DNA of 64,000 nucleotides from Gemmatimonadales bacterium (GTDB lineage Bacteria; Gemmatimonadota; Gemmatimonadetes; Gemmatimonadales; GWC2-71-9): assembly GCA_046757925.1 (NCBI GenBank), contig JBHHZE010000011.1, forward strand, positions 4,145-68,144. Reading direction: 5' to 3'. The notes beneath the pieces are model-generated. The model searched no databases. It had not been told where the DNA came from and worked only from the letters and a program-made list of their open reading frames with translations. Both the position numbers and the translations under genes were made by a program. Of this stretch, positions 1 through 10,097 are shown one piece after another. The first letter of the stretch is position 1; every line of letters begins with the position of its first letter.

Positions 1-1
1 G

Positions 2-1564
2 AGTGACAGCACGGAACTGAACGTCCGCACCCTCACGAGCGCGCGGGGCGAGTTCACGCTCAGGGCGCCGATCCCCGGCCGGTACAGGCTTAAGTCAGCC
101 GTGATCGGGGTAAAGAGCAGGACCTCCCAGCCGATCGATCTTGCCGCAGGCCAAACCGTAGAGTTCGACTTCATCATTCGGGCTGTATCGATCACGTTGC
201 CTACAGTGGTGGTGAGGGGCGACAAGGCCTGTCACATCCGGCGCGAGGCGAGCTTGGCCGCAGCCACTTTGTGGGAGGAGGCGCAGAAGGCGCTCTACGC
301 AGTGGAATGGACCGAGGAGCAGGGAACTCTGCGCCACCGACTGGTTCAATACCAGAGATTGTTGGACCCGAGCTCACTGAGAACCCAGGATAGCCTGAGG
401 TGGTCTCAGTCGGGGATATACAGAGGCAGTCCGTTTCGCACGGTGCCGATCGATGAACTCGTGACTTCCGGTTTCATCAAGCAGACGGGCAAGCACGAAT
501 ACTACTACTACGGCCCGGACGCACGGATTCTGCTCTCGGAGCAGTTCGCGAATCTGCACTGCTTCTGGGTGAAGCAACGAGTGGAGGCGGGTCGTATGCT
601 CATCGGATTGGCGTTCAGGCCGGTAGCCAAGCGGTCCGTCCCCGACATTGAGGGGGTCCTCTGGCTCGACCAAGAGTCGGCCCGCCTGCAGTTCCTGGAG
701 TACGGATACACACGGGTTCCCAATCGAACGCGCAGCAAGCATCTCGGCGGACGGGTTGAATTCGAGCGCTTGCCCGACGGTCCCTGGATCGTCGGCAAGT
801 GGTGGATTCGGATGCCAGTTCTCGGTGTGCGCCAGGCTCAGTTCAGCGATTTCACGTCCGAGGCCTACCTGGCTGCCATCAAGGAGATGGGCGGCTGGGT
901 CAGAGAGATTCAGACCTTGGATGGTAAACCGATCGAGCGCGGTCTGGCTACCTCATTGGTTGGCAAAGTGGTCGACCTGGCAACCGCGGCACCGGTTCCC
1001 GGGGTCAGGATCGTTCTGCTGGGAACGAGCTACGAGACCAGAACCGACGAGAGGGGCCGCTTCTGGTTTCATGGACTGGCCGAGGATACTTACGAGATAT
1101 CTTTTGCACGCGAGTTTCTCGATAGCCTTGGGTTCGTGCCGCCAAAGCAAACGGCGACACTCCGCCTGGGCCATACCGCGACGGCGGGAATCGCCATAGC
1201 CTCGGCGAGCTCGCTCTGGGAGCGACTATGTCCCTCCGTCAAGCGCTCTGACAGCGTGGGGATCGTGGCAGGCTTCATTCGCGACGCTGCCAGTGGCAAG
1301 CCATTGCGAGACGCGGAACTCACACTTTCCGCCCGTTTCCCGGGGACGCCGCCCAAAGTAATCCGGCGGCACGCGCTTTCTGACTGGGCGGGCTATTATT
1401 ACGCCTGTGGGATTCCACAGCGTAAGGTGATCACGGTGCAGGTCAAGCTGGACGGCTGGTCCGGTGTCGCTACGTCAACGCAACTGTCCGCAGGAGACAT
1501 AATTCAGCTGAACTTCGAATTGAGCGAGTCGGGACGAACCGCTAGGCCAGTTCGTAGTCCTTGA
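2..1564 (+). CDS. CarboxypepD_reg (carboxypeptidase-regulatory-like) repeat protein; frame open to the left window edge, 5-prime end missing
   Basis: Frame 2 is open from nt 2. The N-terminal GEFTLRAPIPGRYRLKSAVIG matches the CarboxypepD_reg strand pattern. Further copies: GKVVDLATAAPVPGVRIVLLGTSYETRTDERGRFWFHGLAEDTYEISF and GIVAGFIRDAASGKPLRDAELTLSA. Function beyond the domain family is unknown. Confidence 0.6.
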   Translation, partial: SDSTELNVRTLTSARGEFTLRAPIPGRYRLKSAVIGVKSRTSQPIDLAAGQTVEFDFIIRAVSITLPTVVVRGDKACHIRREASLAAATLWEEAQKALYAVEWTEEQGTLRHRLVQYQRLLDPSSLRTQDSLRWSQSGIYRGSPFRTVPIDELVTSGFIKQTGKHEYYYYGPDARILLSEQFANLHCFWVKQRVEAGRMLIGLAFRPVAKRSVPDIEGVLWLDQESARLQFLEYGYTRVPNRTRSKHLGGRVEFERLPDGPWIVGKWWIRMPVLGVRQAQFSDFTSEAYLAAIKEMGGWVREIQTLDGKPIERGLATSLVGKVVDLATAAPVPGVRIVLLGTSYETRTDERGRFWFHGLAEDTYEISFAREFLDSLGFVPPKQTATLRLGHTATAGIAIASASSLWERLCPSVKRSDSVGIVAGFIRDAASGKPLRDAELTLSARFPGTPPKVIRRHALSDWAGYYYACGIPQRKVITVQVKLDGWSGVATSTQLSAGDIIQLNFELSESGRTARPVRSP

Positions 1565-3077
1565 TTTTCCGATACAGGGTGCGTTCGCCGATGCCTAGCT
1601 TTTCGGCCGCTTGACGTCTGTTTCCCCCGGTCTCGCGCAGCGCCGCATCGATTGCGGCGCGTTCTACATCGGCCATAGTCATTCCCGGTCGATAAATAAC
1701 GGTGTCTCGATCGGCGATCGAACCCACTCCAACGCTTGGCACGTCACTGTCGCGTGACAGTTCTTCGTATTCCGCCGGCACAACCCGTCCCACGTCTAAT
1801 ACCTCGACGCGCTGCGGGACATCATCAATGCGTCGGCGCAACTCTTCGACCTGGAGCTTCAACTCCACAAGGCTCCGGAATATGAACTCCAGTTCCTTGC
1901 CCTCGACGTTCGCGGGCTGGCGGGGGAGATGTACGGGCAGGAGCCGCGATCCTGCTTCTCGGATGTCACTCGGGATGTCGCTGGCGCGGATCTCTCGTCC
2001 ATGCGACAGTACAATCATCGAATCGATGAGGTTTCTGAGCTGCCTGATATTGCCCGGCCAATCGGCATTCATGAGAACTTCCATTGCTTCGGGAGAAATG
2101 CCCGAAAACCGCCGGCCGTGCTCCTCGCTCAACTCTTCAACGAACTGCTTGACCAGAATGGGAATGTCGTTCCTACGCTCCCTCAAGGGCGGGAGGTAAA
2201 TAGACAAGACGTTCAATCTGTAGTAGAGATCATCTCTGAACTCGCGTAACGACACCATTTCCTTCAACGGCCGATTGGTGGCAGCGATTACTCTCACATC
2301 GACCCGTATCGGTTCGCTCCCACCCACTCTGAAAAACGCGTGATTCTCGAGCACTCGAAGCAGCTTCACCTGGGTTGTGATCGGCATCTCGCCAATCTCA
2401 TCCAGGAAAAGGGTCCCACCGTCGGCCAGTTCGAATCGTCCCAGACGTCGCTCCGACGCCCCGGTAAACGAGCCTTTCTCGTGCCCGAACATCTCGGACT
2501 CCAGCAGCGTCTCGGGGAGAGCGGAACAATTGATGGCTATGAACGGCTGGTCTCTGCGTTCCGAGAGATCGTGGATCGCATGGGCGACCAACTCCTTGCC
2601 GGTCCCCGACTCGCCCTCGATCAGTACGGTACTCCTAACCGGAGCCATCAGCTCGATCTTGACCAAGACTTCCTGAATCCCCGAGCTTTCGCCGGAGATT
2701 CCGATGTGCTTCTGCAGCCGTCGGCGCTCGACGAGCCGTCTGGTGACGGCCGCGACCTCGGACGGTTCGACCGGTTTCCTGAGCCAGGCGGTGAGGCCGG
2801 TCCGGCGCGCAACCGCCTCGGGGTTTGCCACAGCCTCTTCGACGAGACCCAACGTCGAGATCGAGCGGTCCCGCGCGAGCGCGATAAGGGTTCTCGCCGT
2901 ATGCTCGCCAAGCGCTCCGGTGAGGACGACCGCCTCGGGATCGGACTTCTGCAGCACTCCGGCAACATCGTCGAGAGACGATACCAATACAGTATGAAAG
3001 CCCGCCGACTCGAGCTGTGCGTTTGCACGAACCGCCATCTCGAGATCGTCCATTGTCACGAGAACATTGGTACTCAT
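1542..3077 (-). CDS. Sigma-54-dependent transcriptional activator (NtrC family) with a degenerate receiver domain
   Basis: AAA+ sigma-54 interaction module ([21 protein letters not shown] loop, TLFLDEIGEM) and a C-terminal Fis-type HTH (AAEKLGIGERTLYRKIKDYELA). The N-terminal CheY-like region reads VVLTG where the phospho-acceptor Asp is expected. Its ATG overlaps the upstream stop (ATGA at 3074-3077). Confidence 0.85.
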   Translation of the reverse strand: MSTNVLVTMDDLEMAVRANAQLESAGFHTVLVSSLDDVAGVLQKSDPEAVVLTGALGEHTARTLIALARDRSISTLGLVEEAVANPEAVARRTGLTAWLRKPVEPSEVAAVTRRLVERRRLQKHIGISGESSGIQEVLVKIELMAPVRSTVLIEGESGTGKELVAHAIHDLSERRDQPFIAINCSALPETLLESEMFGHEKGSFTGASERRLGRFELADGGTLFLDEIGEMPITTQVKLLRVLENHAFFRVGGSEPIRVDVRVIAATNRPLKEMVSLREFRDDLYYRLNVLSIYLPPLRERRNDIPILVKQFVEELSEEHGRRFSGISPEAMEVLMNADWPGNIRQLRNLIDSMIVLSHGREIRASDIPSDIREAGSRLLPVHLPRQPANVEGKELEFIFRSLVELKLQVEELRRRIDDVPQRVEVLDVGRVVPAEYEELSRDSDVPSVGVGSIADRDTVIYRPGMTMADVERAAIDAALRETGGNRRQAAEKLGIGERTLYRKIKDYELA

Positions 3078-3562
3078 GAATGATCCGTGGGTTCGCCCCG
3101 CAACAGTTGCACGGAGTGTTCGATGAGCGGTTCGAGCGTGGCCACTCCGTCCCGCACGCCGCCCGGGCTTCCCGGAAGGTTGACGATCAACGTACTTCCC
3201 CGAACCCCTGCCACCCCTCGTGACAGGACGCTACGCGGCACTTTACCGCGGCCATCGGCACGTATGGCTTCTGCTATGCCCGGTGCCACCCGATCCAACA
3301 CCGCTCGCGTGGCCTCTGGGGTCACATCTCGGGCCGCCAGTCCGGTCCCACCGGTGGTGAGGATCAGGTCGGCCGCAGCGGTGTCGGCCCAGCATGCGAT
3401 CTTCGCGGCGATGACGTCGCTTTCGTCGGGCACGACCTCTCTGGCCGCCAACTCGAAACCTTTGTCGCGTACCCATCGCGCGATCGCGTCGCCCGAGTCG
3501 TCCGCACGCACGCCGCTGCTCACGCCATCGGACACGGTCAGTACGGCTACAGAGATGGACAT
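3074..3562 (-). CDS. MogA/MoaB-family molybdenum cofactor biosynthesis protein
   Basis: 162 aa. N-terminal VAVLTVSDGVS and the TTGGTGLAARDVTPEAT motif are typical of the MoCF_biosynth (MogA/MoaB) fold. Confidence 0.8.
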   Translation of the reverse strand: MSISVAVLTVSDGVSSGVRADDSGDAIARWVRDKGFELAAREVVPDESDVIAAKIACWADTAAADLILTTGGTGLAARDVTPEATRAVLDRVAPGIAEAIRADGRGKVPRSVLSRGVAGVRGSTLIVNLPGSPGGVRDGVATLEPLIEHSVQLLRGEPTDHS

Positions 3563-3577
3563 CTCATGATTCCAGAA

Positions 3578-4714
3578 TCAGGACGTCTTGGTCCTGACGC
3601 TTCCGTCCTTGTAAAACGGCATCGCCACAACTTCAGCAGGGACACGCTTGCCCCGACAATCGATCTCGATCGACGTACCCGGCGCGGTTGAATGAGTGGG
3701 CAAATAAGTCGTACCGATCGGTATCTGCAGGCTGGGACTGAAGCCACCACTTCTGACGATGTCGATTTTCCGACCGTTCAGATACACATCATATCCGTGT
3801 CTGGGGATTGCGCGCTGTCCGGTGACCTCATAACCAACCAATTTGCGCGTCGCGCCACCTGCACGCTTGATTCGCTCGAGCGCCGCCTTTCCCGTAAACG
3901 GGGCGCCCTTGGTCAGTTTAACGATCCAACCCAGTCTCGCCTCATATGGGTTGATGGTTTCGTCAATATCGTTGCCATAGAGCGGATATCCCATCTCGAG
4001 CCGGAGAGAATCACGAGCCCCCAAGCCGATCGGTTTGCCACGACCTTTCCCAACCAGGGAACGCCACATCACCTCGGCATGGGTGGGCCGGAAGTACAAC
4101 TCGAACCCGTCCTCGCCCGTATATCCGGTCCGAGCGATAAAGCAATCGATGCCTCCAACCTGTCCGACTTCTACGTGATAGTATCCAATCTTCGTCACGT
4201 CTGTGCGAGTCAATGAATCGATCAATCCCTCGCTCTCGGGACCCTGCACAGCCAAGAGAGCTACTTCATCGGAGATGTTCCTGACCCTCACGTTGATGCC
4301 GCCCTTCTTGCCTACTACCTGCTCCCAGTCCTTGGCAATATTGGCTGCATTGACAACCATCATGATTCGGTCGTCGAATCTGTAGATGATGCAATCATCG
4401 ATGAAAGTTCCATCGTTGGTAAGAAGTGCAGTGTACTGCGCCTGGCCATCATCGAGAGCCGCTACATCGTTGCACGTCAGTCTGTTCACAAATGCGTTGC
4501 GATCCGGACCCGTGATTTCGAATTGTCCCATATGAGAAACGTCGAAAACGCCGACCGATTCACGCACGGTTTTGTGTTCCTCCGTAATTTCGGTGCCATA
4601 CTGAACAGGCATCTCGAAACCGGCGAACGGGACGATCTTGGCGTTGTTCTCCACGTGAAAGCTGTAGAAAGGTGTTCGCTTCAGATTATCTCCACCCATA
4701 GTGATTCCTTTCAC
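3578..4714 (-). CDS. gcvT: Glycine cleavage system aminomethyltransferase (T protein)
   Basis: LKRTPFYSFHVENNAKIVPFAGFEMPVQY N-terminus, with length and C-terminal barrel typical of GcvT. The track start is a GTG at 4714 (GTGA overlap with argF stop). An ATG at 4699 preceded by AAGGA is the more likely true start. Confidence 0.9.
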   Translation of the reverse strand: MKGITMGGDNLKRTPFYSFHVENNAKIVPFAGFEMPVQYGTEITEEHKTVRESVGVFDVSHMGQFEITGPDRNAFVNRLTCNDVAALDDGQAQYTALLTNDGTFIDDCIIYRFDDRIMMVVNAANIAKDWEQVVGKKGGINVRVRNISDEVALLAVQGPESEGLIDSLTRTDVTKIGYYHVEVGQVGGIDCFIARTGYTGEDGFELYFRPTHAEVMWRSLVGKGRGKPIGLGARDSLRLEMGYPLYGNDIDETINPYEARLGWIVKLTKGAPFTGKAALERIKRAGGATRKLVGYEVTGQRAIPRHGYDVYLNGRKIDIVRSGGFSPSLQIPIGTTYLPTHSTAPGTSIEIDCRGKRVPAEVVAMPFYKDGSVRTKTS

Positions 4715-5625
4715 CCCAGTAAGGTCGCGAGTAATGCTTTCTGTACGTGCAATCTGTTTTCGGCCTGCTGGAAGACCCGCGATTGCTCACCTTCGATGAC
4801 CTCCGCGGTAACCTCCTCACCACGATGTGCCGGCAGGCAATGCAGAAAGATCGCTCCGTCAGCAGCGACACTCATTAGCTCGGCGTCGACCGTGTATCCG
4901 GCAAAGGCGTTCGCTCGATCCCGCGCCTCATCCTCCTGCCCCATCGATGCCCACACGTCGGTGTTCACTACGTCCGCGCCCGCAACCGCATCCCTCGGGT
5001 CTTCGAACAGGTAAACGTCAGCATTCCTCCGCGCGCGCTCGGCGAATTCGCCATTCGGCTGGTAGTTCTTGGGACACGCCAGTCTCAGAGTAAACCCCAG
5101 CGACCCGGCCGCATTGAGCCACGAATTGGCCATATTGTTACCGTCCCCAACCCATGCCACAGTTCGTCCCTCCCATCCACCCAACGCCTCAGAGATGGTG
5201 AATAGATCGGATAGGACCTGACAGGGATGGAGCAGGTCCGTCAGCCCATTGATCACCGGAACGGATGCGTGACGAGCCAACTCCACTACCTCCGCGTGAT
5301 CGAACGTTCTGATCATGATCCCATCCACATAACCGGATAGGACACGCGCAGTGTCTGCGATCGGCTCTCCCCGACCCAGCTGCATGTCTCGCGACGAGAG
5401 AAACAAAGCGTGACCGCCGAGCTGGTAAGTTCCGACTTCAAATGACACTCTCGTTCTGGTGCTGCTCTTAGCGAACACCATCGCCAGAGTTTTTCCCGCA
5501 AGCGGGCGTTCGTCGTATTTGCCGGATTTCATCCTTGCAGCCAGGTCCAGCAACTCGACGATCTCCGCCGGCGACAGGTCAGAGATCTCGAGAAAATCAC
5601 TTTTCGGCATACTTTTGCTCGACAA
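4711..5625 (-). CDS. argF: Ornithine carbamoyltransferase
   Basis: Motifs STRTRVSFE (carbamoyl-phosphate binding), HPCQ, DVWASMGQE and HCLPAHRGEE, in an OTCase-specific arrangement. Confidence 0.9.
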   Translation of the reverse strand: MSSKSMPKSDFLEISDLSPAEIVELLDLAARMKSGKYDERPLAGKTLAMVFAKSSTRTRVSFEVGTYQLGGHALFLSSRDMQLGRGEPIADTARVLSGYVDGIMIRTFDHAEVVELARHASVPVINGLTDLLHPCQVLSDLFTISEALGGWEGRTVAWVGDGNNMANSWLNAAGSLGFTLRLACPKNYQPNGEFAERARRNADVYLFEDPRDAVAGADVVNTDVWASMGQEDEARDRANAFAGYTVDAELMSVAADGAIFLHCLPAHRGEEVTAEVIEGEQSRVFQQAENRLHVQKALLATLLG

Positions 5626-5700
5626 TAGGTCAAAATGACAGACTGCGCTGGATTCTAGCGCGCCGTGGAGCTAGTTGCAAGGAGGGCTGTAGCGCCAGTT

Positions 5701-7233
5701 TTACAGAATGTATTTCCTGAGGTCTTCGTCCTCGACGATCCGGATCAGGCGATCACGCACTCTCGCTGCGTCAAACACGATCCGCTTCTCTGGCATGTCC
5801 GGGAGCTGGAACAGGAGATCTTCCAGAAGGGTGGTCATGACCGTGTGCAGTCGCCGGGCACCGATGTTCTCCATTGTGTCGTTCATGTGCATCGCAAGCC
5901 TCGCTATTTCGGCGATACCGTCGTCAGTAAACTCCAGTGTCGCACCCTCTGATGCACACAACGCCTGATACTGTTTCACCAGCGAGTTCTCGGGCTCAGT
6001 CATGATGCGGATGAAGTCATCCTGCGTGAGGCTGGACAGCTCGACTCGAATGGGAAATCGGCCTTGCAGCTCTGGGATCAGATCTGATGGCTTAGAAACG
6101 TGGAAAGCACCCGCCGCAATGAAGAGAACGTGATCGCTGCGCACATAGCCATACTTGGTCTGAATCGTCGACCCTTCGACGATGGGTAGTAGATCTCGCT
6201 GCACTCCCTCGCGCGAAACGTCTGGCCCAGCCTGCCCTCTTTCTCCCGCAATCTTGTCCAGTTCGTCAACGAATATGATGCCATGATTCTCCACGCGGTC
6301 GAGCGCTTCGTTCACAACGTCATCCATATCAACGAGCTTCTTCAACTCTTCGTCAATGAGCAGACGCCGGGCCTCGGCTATTCTGACGGTCCGCCGCTTC
6401 GTTCTCTTCGGCAGGAAATCCTGCAGCATTTCTCCGAAGTTGACGTCCGGCGAATCCATGCCTGGCTGCGGCTGCATCATGTCGATGATCGGGAATACGT
6501 GCTGTGACACTTCCACTTCGACCTCGCGGTCTTCCAATTTGCCATCCTTCAGCATCTTACGAAGCTTCTCGAGCGTACGACTGCGACGTTCGTCTCCCTC
6601 TGGTACATGGTCGGCGGGTTCCGGACGAACCTCGCCACTGCTCGAAACGACAAACAGTGGTGGCGCCGGTTCTCCATCTGCATCTGGAGACACAGCACTC
6701 GTCTGATCTCGACTTTCCGGTGCCGGTGTGGCTGCGGGCTCAGGTGGAATCGGAGGAGGAAGCAGCAATTCCACCAACCGGTCTTCAGCTCGTTGCTCTG
6801 CAATCGGATACACTTCGTCCTCACGTTCGCCCCGCACCATGTTTATGGCAGCATCGACGAGATCGCGAATCATCGATTCAACATCCCGGCCCACGTAGCC
6901 GACCTCGGTGAATTTGGAGGCTTCGACCTTGATGAACGGGGCTCCTGCCAACCTGGCGAGCCGGCGCGCGATCTCCGTTTTGCCCACCCCGGTGGGGCCT
7001 ATCATAATGATGTTATTCGGAAGTATCTCCTCGCGGATCTCTTCGGGCGCCTGTTGACGGCGCCAGCGATTACGTATGGCGATCGCCACTGCTTTCTTGG
7101 CGTCATGCTGACCGACGATATAGCGATCTAGTTCGATCACGATCTGCTTCGGCGGCAGCTCCTCGAGCCACGGGAGCGCATCCGGGCCCTTGTCGGCTAT
7201 TTGCAACTTCGGTTCAGATATGTTCGACTCCAT
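5701..7233 (-). CDS. hslU: ATP-dependent protease ATPase subunit HslU, with an extended I-domain insert
   Basis: [21 protein letters not shown], Walker [27 protein letters not shown], and C-terminal ED.DLRKYIL. Sits directly downstream of hslV. Confidence 0.95.
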   Translation of the reverse strand: MESNISEPKLQIADKGPDALPWLEELPPKQIVIELDRYIVGQHDAKKAVAIAIRNRWRRQQAPEEIREEILPNNIIMIGPTGVGKTEIARRLARLAGAPFIKVEASKFTEVGYVGRDVESMIRDLVDAAINMVRGEREDEVYPIAEQRAEDRLVELLLPPPIPPEPAATPAPESRDQTSAVSPDADGEPAPPLFVVSSSGEVRPEPADHVPEGDERRSRTLEKLRKMLKDGKLEDREVEVEVSQHVFPIIDMMQPQPGMDSPDVNFGEMLQDFLPKRTKRRTVRIAEARRLLIDEELKKLVDMDDVVNEALDRVENHGIIFVDELDKIAGERGQAGPDVSREGVQRDLLPIVEGSTIQTKYGYVRSDHVLFIAAGAFHVSKPSDLIPELQGRFPIRVELSSLTQDDFIRIMTEPENSLVKQYQALCASEGATLEFTDDGIAEIARLAMHMNDTMENIGARRLHTVMTTLLEDLLFQLPDMPEKRIVFDAARVRDRLIRIVEDEDLRKYIL

Positions 7234-7260
7234 AGCATCTACTCGTACAGGAGAAAGCCG

Positions 7261-7806
7261 TCACTTCAGTTCGAGAATATTGATGTTCTTGTTGGTGTAC
7301 ACACAAATATCTGCCGCTATCTCCAAACTTCGGTGAACTATGTCCCTGGCCGACAATTCACAGCTCGCCCGCAACGCACGCGCCGCAGCAAGCGCGTAGT
7401 TGCCGCCGCTCCCGATTGCCACTATTCCGTCATCCGGTTCGATCAACTCGCCACTACCGCTCACGATGAAAGAGTGTTCCTTATCACTAACCGCAAGCAG
7501 CGCTTCCAGCCGACGCAGTACACGATCGCTGCGCCACTCTTTGGCCAGTTCGACTACCGCCCGTGACAGGTTGCCTGGGGACCGTTTCAGTTTCTCCTCG
7601 AACTTCTCGAACAACGTAAATGCATCCGCCGCAGCTCCGGCAAACCCCGCGAGTACCTTGCCCTCACCAAGTTCTCTAACCTTGCTGGCGTTGGCTTTCA
7701 TGACTGTCTCGCCTACCGTGACCTGTCCATCACCGCCCATCGCCACTGTCCCTGCCTGACACACGCCGAGAATGGTGGTGCTACGAACAACTGAACCTTG
7801 CCGCAT
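7261..7806 (-). CDS. hslV: ATP-dependent protease peptidase subunit HslV
   Basis: STTILGV...[21 protein letters not shown] and [14 protein letters not shown] are HslV/ClpQ signatures. Confidence 0.95.
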   Translation of the reverse strand: MRQGSVVRSTTILGVCQAGTVAMGGDGQVTVGETVMKANASKVRELGEGKVLAGFAGAAADAFTLFEKFEEKLKRSPGNLSRAVVELAKEWRSDRVLRRLEALLAVSDKEHSFIVSGSGELIEPDDGIVAIGSGGNYALAAARALRASCELSARDIVHRSLEIAADICVYTNKNINILELK

Positions 7807-7854
7807 GGTTTCTTCCTGGTCCTCCAGTCCTGCCGTTTCAGCAACCTTGATGCG

Positions 7855-8787
7855 TCACGCTCGAGGGTGTGCTTGGTGATAGATGCGCTTGAGCCGTTCC
7901 ACGCTGGTGTGCGTGTAGATCTGTGTTGTGCTCAGTGACGCGTGTCCCAATAGCTCCTGAACGGCTCGCAAGTCCGCCCCCGCATCTAGCAGGTGGGTGG
8001 CGAAACTGTGCCTCATACTGTGCACCTTGAAGCCCGAGCATTCATCGAGCACTCTAAGGTATTGCCTGACTATGTGCTGTACTCCCCTCACCGAAAGCCT
8101 GCTCCCCTTCATCGAAAGGAACACAGCTCGTCGGTCCCCTCTCGAACTCACTCGTGCCAATAGATCGTCGCGCTCCATGTAATATCGTCTCAACGCCCGG
8201 ACCGCGTGAGCCCCAATCGGTACTATCCTCTCCTTTTTCCCTTTTCCCCGCAACCGCACCTGCTCAGATACAATGTCTATGTGTGATAGGTCGAGACCGG
8301 ACAACTCTGAGAGTCGCATTCCTGTAGAGTAAAACATCTCCAGAATAGCCAAGTCGCGAATGGACTTGAAACCTCCATCCGCAGCTAGAGACTCCGCATA
8401 CTCGAACATCAGGTCAACCTGGGCCCGATCGAGAACCGCCGGAAGTTTCTTGTCGAGCTTTGGAAGACGGACGCTCGCCGCAGGGTCGGCCTCGATTCCA
8501 TAGCGGGTACTCAAGAATCGATAGAATGTCCGAAGCGCAGAGATGGCACGGGTCACCGACCGCTTCGCAAGACCGCGACGATTCAGTTCCCCCATGAATC
8601 CTCGGACTGCCAGCCGATCGACCGACATCCAGTTCCATGTCGAGCGGCCGCCGAAATATTCGTCGCAGAATTCGCAGAAACTACGAATGTCCCGGCAGTA
8701 CGCCTTGACTGTATACGGGGAATCGTTGCGCTCGTTCGCCAGAAAGTTGCGGAATGCGTCAACTTCTGGTCGATCTTCAGGATTCAT
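7855..8787 (-). CDS. xerC: Tyrosine recombinase XerC/XerD family
   Basis: An N-terminal SAM-like domain, then the catalytic region with RLSEL, HSMRHSFATHLL, GHASLSTTQIYTH. Lies in the topA-trmFO-xerC-hslVU housekeeping context. The C versus D assignment is not resolved. Confidence 0.85.
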   Translation of the reverse strand: MNPEDRPEVDAFRNFLANERNDSPYTVKAYCRDIRSFCEFCDEYFGGRSTWNWMSVDRLAVRGFMGELNRRGLAKRSVTRAISALRTFYRFLSTRYGIEADPAASVRLPKLDKKLPAVLDRAQVDLMFEYAESLAADGGFKSIRDLAILEMFYSTGMRLSELSGLDLSHIDIVSEQVRLRGKGKKERIVPIGAHAVRALRRYYMERDDLLARVSSRGDRRAVFLSMKGSRLSVRGVQHIVRQYLRVLDECSGFKVHSMRHSFATHLLDAGADLRAVQELLGHASLSTTQIYTHTSVERLKRIYHQAHPRA

Positions 8788-10097
8788 GTAGGTATGCTCA
8801 TGAGTCGCTCCGCAAACCCGCGCATCTCCGCCAAAGCTCTCTCGGCCAACAGGAGTCGTTTCCGACGCTTATCGCGTATCCGTTCATCGAGCGGGGGCAG
8901 CAGCCCAAAGTTGGCATTCATGGGTTGGAAGTTATTGGGGTCGGCGCGATTCACGTATCGCAGCAATCCACCGAGCATCGTGGTGGGCGGTGGGATGGCC
9001 GGTGGCATGTCATCCAGCAAACGCGCCAGATTCACACCTGCAAGGAGACCTGTGGCAAGCGATTCCGTATAGCCTTCCACCCCTACTATCTGACCGGCAA
9101 AAATCAGACGAGGATCGTCCTTCGTTGAAAGATGTGGCGTCAGCGCTGCCGGAGTGTTCAAGTATGTATTCCGGTGAATGCTCCCGTAACGGAAGAATTC
9201 GGCGTCGGAAAGACCCGGTAGCCTGCGCAGGATTCTCTGCTGCTCCGGAATCTTGAGTCTGGTTTGAAATCCGACCAGGTTCCACATCTGCCCGGCTCGG
9301 TCCTCCTGCCTCAGCTGCACCACGGCGAACGGCTCCTTGCCGGTTCGTGGATCCGGCAGGCCGACCGGCTTCATAGGCCCAAACCGGAGAGTGTCTCTAC
9401 CCCGCGATGCCATTTCCTCGACCGGCAGACAGCCCTCGAAATAAGGGGTCTCGTCGAAATCGTGCCCACGATATTGATCGCCCCCGACCAGGGCATCCAC
9501 CAAATCATAATACTGGTCACGATCCAGGGGCACGTTCAGATAGTCGTCGCCATCGCCCTTGCCGTATCGCGAAAGGCGGTACAACGGGGAATAGTCGAGC
9601 GAATCGGCGGCGACGATCGGTGCGATCGCGTCGTAGAACGCAAGCGCATCCAGTCCCAGATACTCCTTGATGCTCCTCGCCAACTCCGGCGACGTAAGTG
9701 GTCCCGTCGCCACGACCGCCGGACTGGGAAGATCCGCGATGTGAGCCCGACTTACCTCGATGTTGGGATGCTCCGACACCCGAACGGTAACTGCGCGGCT
9801 GAACTCGTCGCGGTCCACCGTGAGAGCGGCACCTCCGGGAATTCGAACGGTATCGGCCACACTCAGCAACAGACTGCCCAGTATCCGCAACTCCGCCTTC
9901 AGCAGCCCGTGCGCGTTTACCAGCTGCATGGACTTGAAACTGTTGCTGCACACGATCTCGGCAAGTCGGTCGGTCTTGTGCGCTTCGGTTCGTGCTAACG
10001 GCCGCATTTCGCAAAGCCGTACAGCCACCCCTCGCTCAGCCAGCGCCCAGGCAGCCTCACACCCCGCGAGGCCGCCGCCAATCACCATCGCGTTCAC
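8784..10097 (-). CDS. trmFO: Methylenetetrahydrofolate-tRNA-(uracil-5-)-methyltransferase TrmFO
   Basis: N-terminal FAD motif VIGGGLAGCEAAWALAERG, SNSFK, and Gid/TrmFO length and C-terminus. Conserved position after topA. Confidence 0.9.
   Translation of the reverse strand: MNAMVIGGGLAGCEAAWALAERGVAVRLCEMRPLARTEAHKTDRLAEIVCSNSFKSMQLVNAHGLLKAELRILGSLLLSVADTVRIPGGAALTVDRDEFSRAVTVRVSEHPNIEVSRAHIADLPSPAVVATGPLTSPELARSIKEYLGLDALAFYDAIAPIVAADSLDYSPLYRLSRYGKGDGDDYLNVPLDRDQYYDLVDALVGGDQYRGHDFDETPYFEGCLPVEEMASRGRDTLRFGPMKPVGLPDPRTGKEPFAVVQLRQEDRAGQMWNLVGFQTRLKIPEQQRILRRLPGLSDAEFFRYGSIHRNTYLNTPAALTPHLSTKDDPRLIFAGQIVGVEGYTESLATGLLAGVNLARLLDDMPPAIPPPTTMLGGLLRYVNRADPNNFQPMNANFGLLPPLDERIRDKRRKRLLLAERALAEMRGFAERLMSIPT

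Noticed and set aside
7855-8787. Tyrosine recombinase as a marker of an integrated mobile element
   Set aside because: It is embedded in the conserved topA-trmFO-xerC-hslVU housekeeping block. There are no flanking direct repeats, tRNA, phage or transposase genes, and no compositional break visible by eye.
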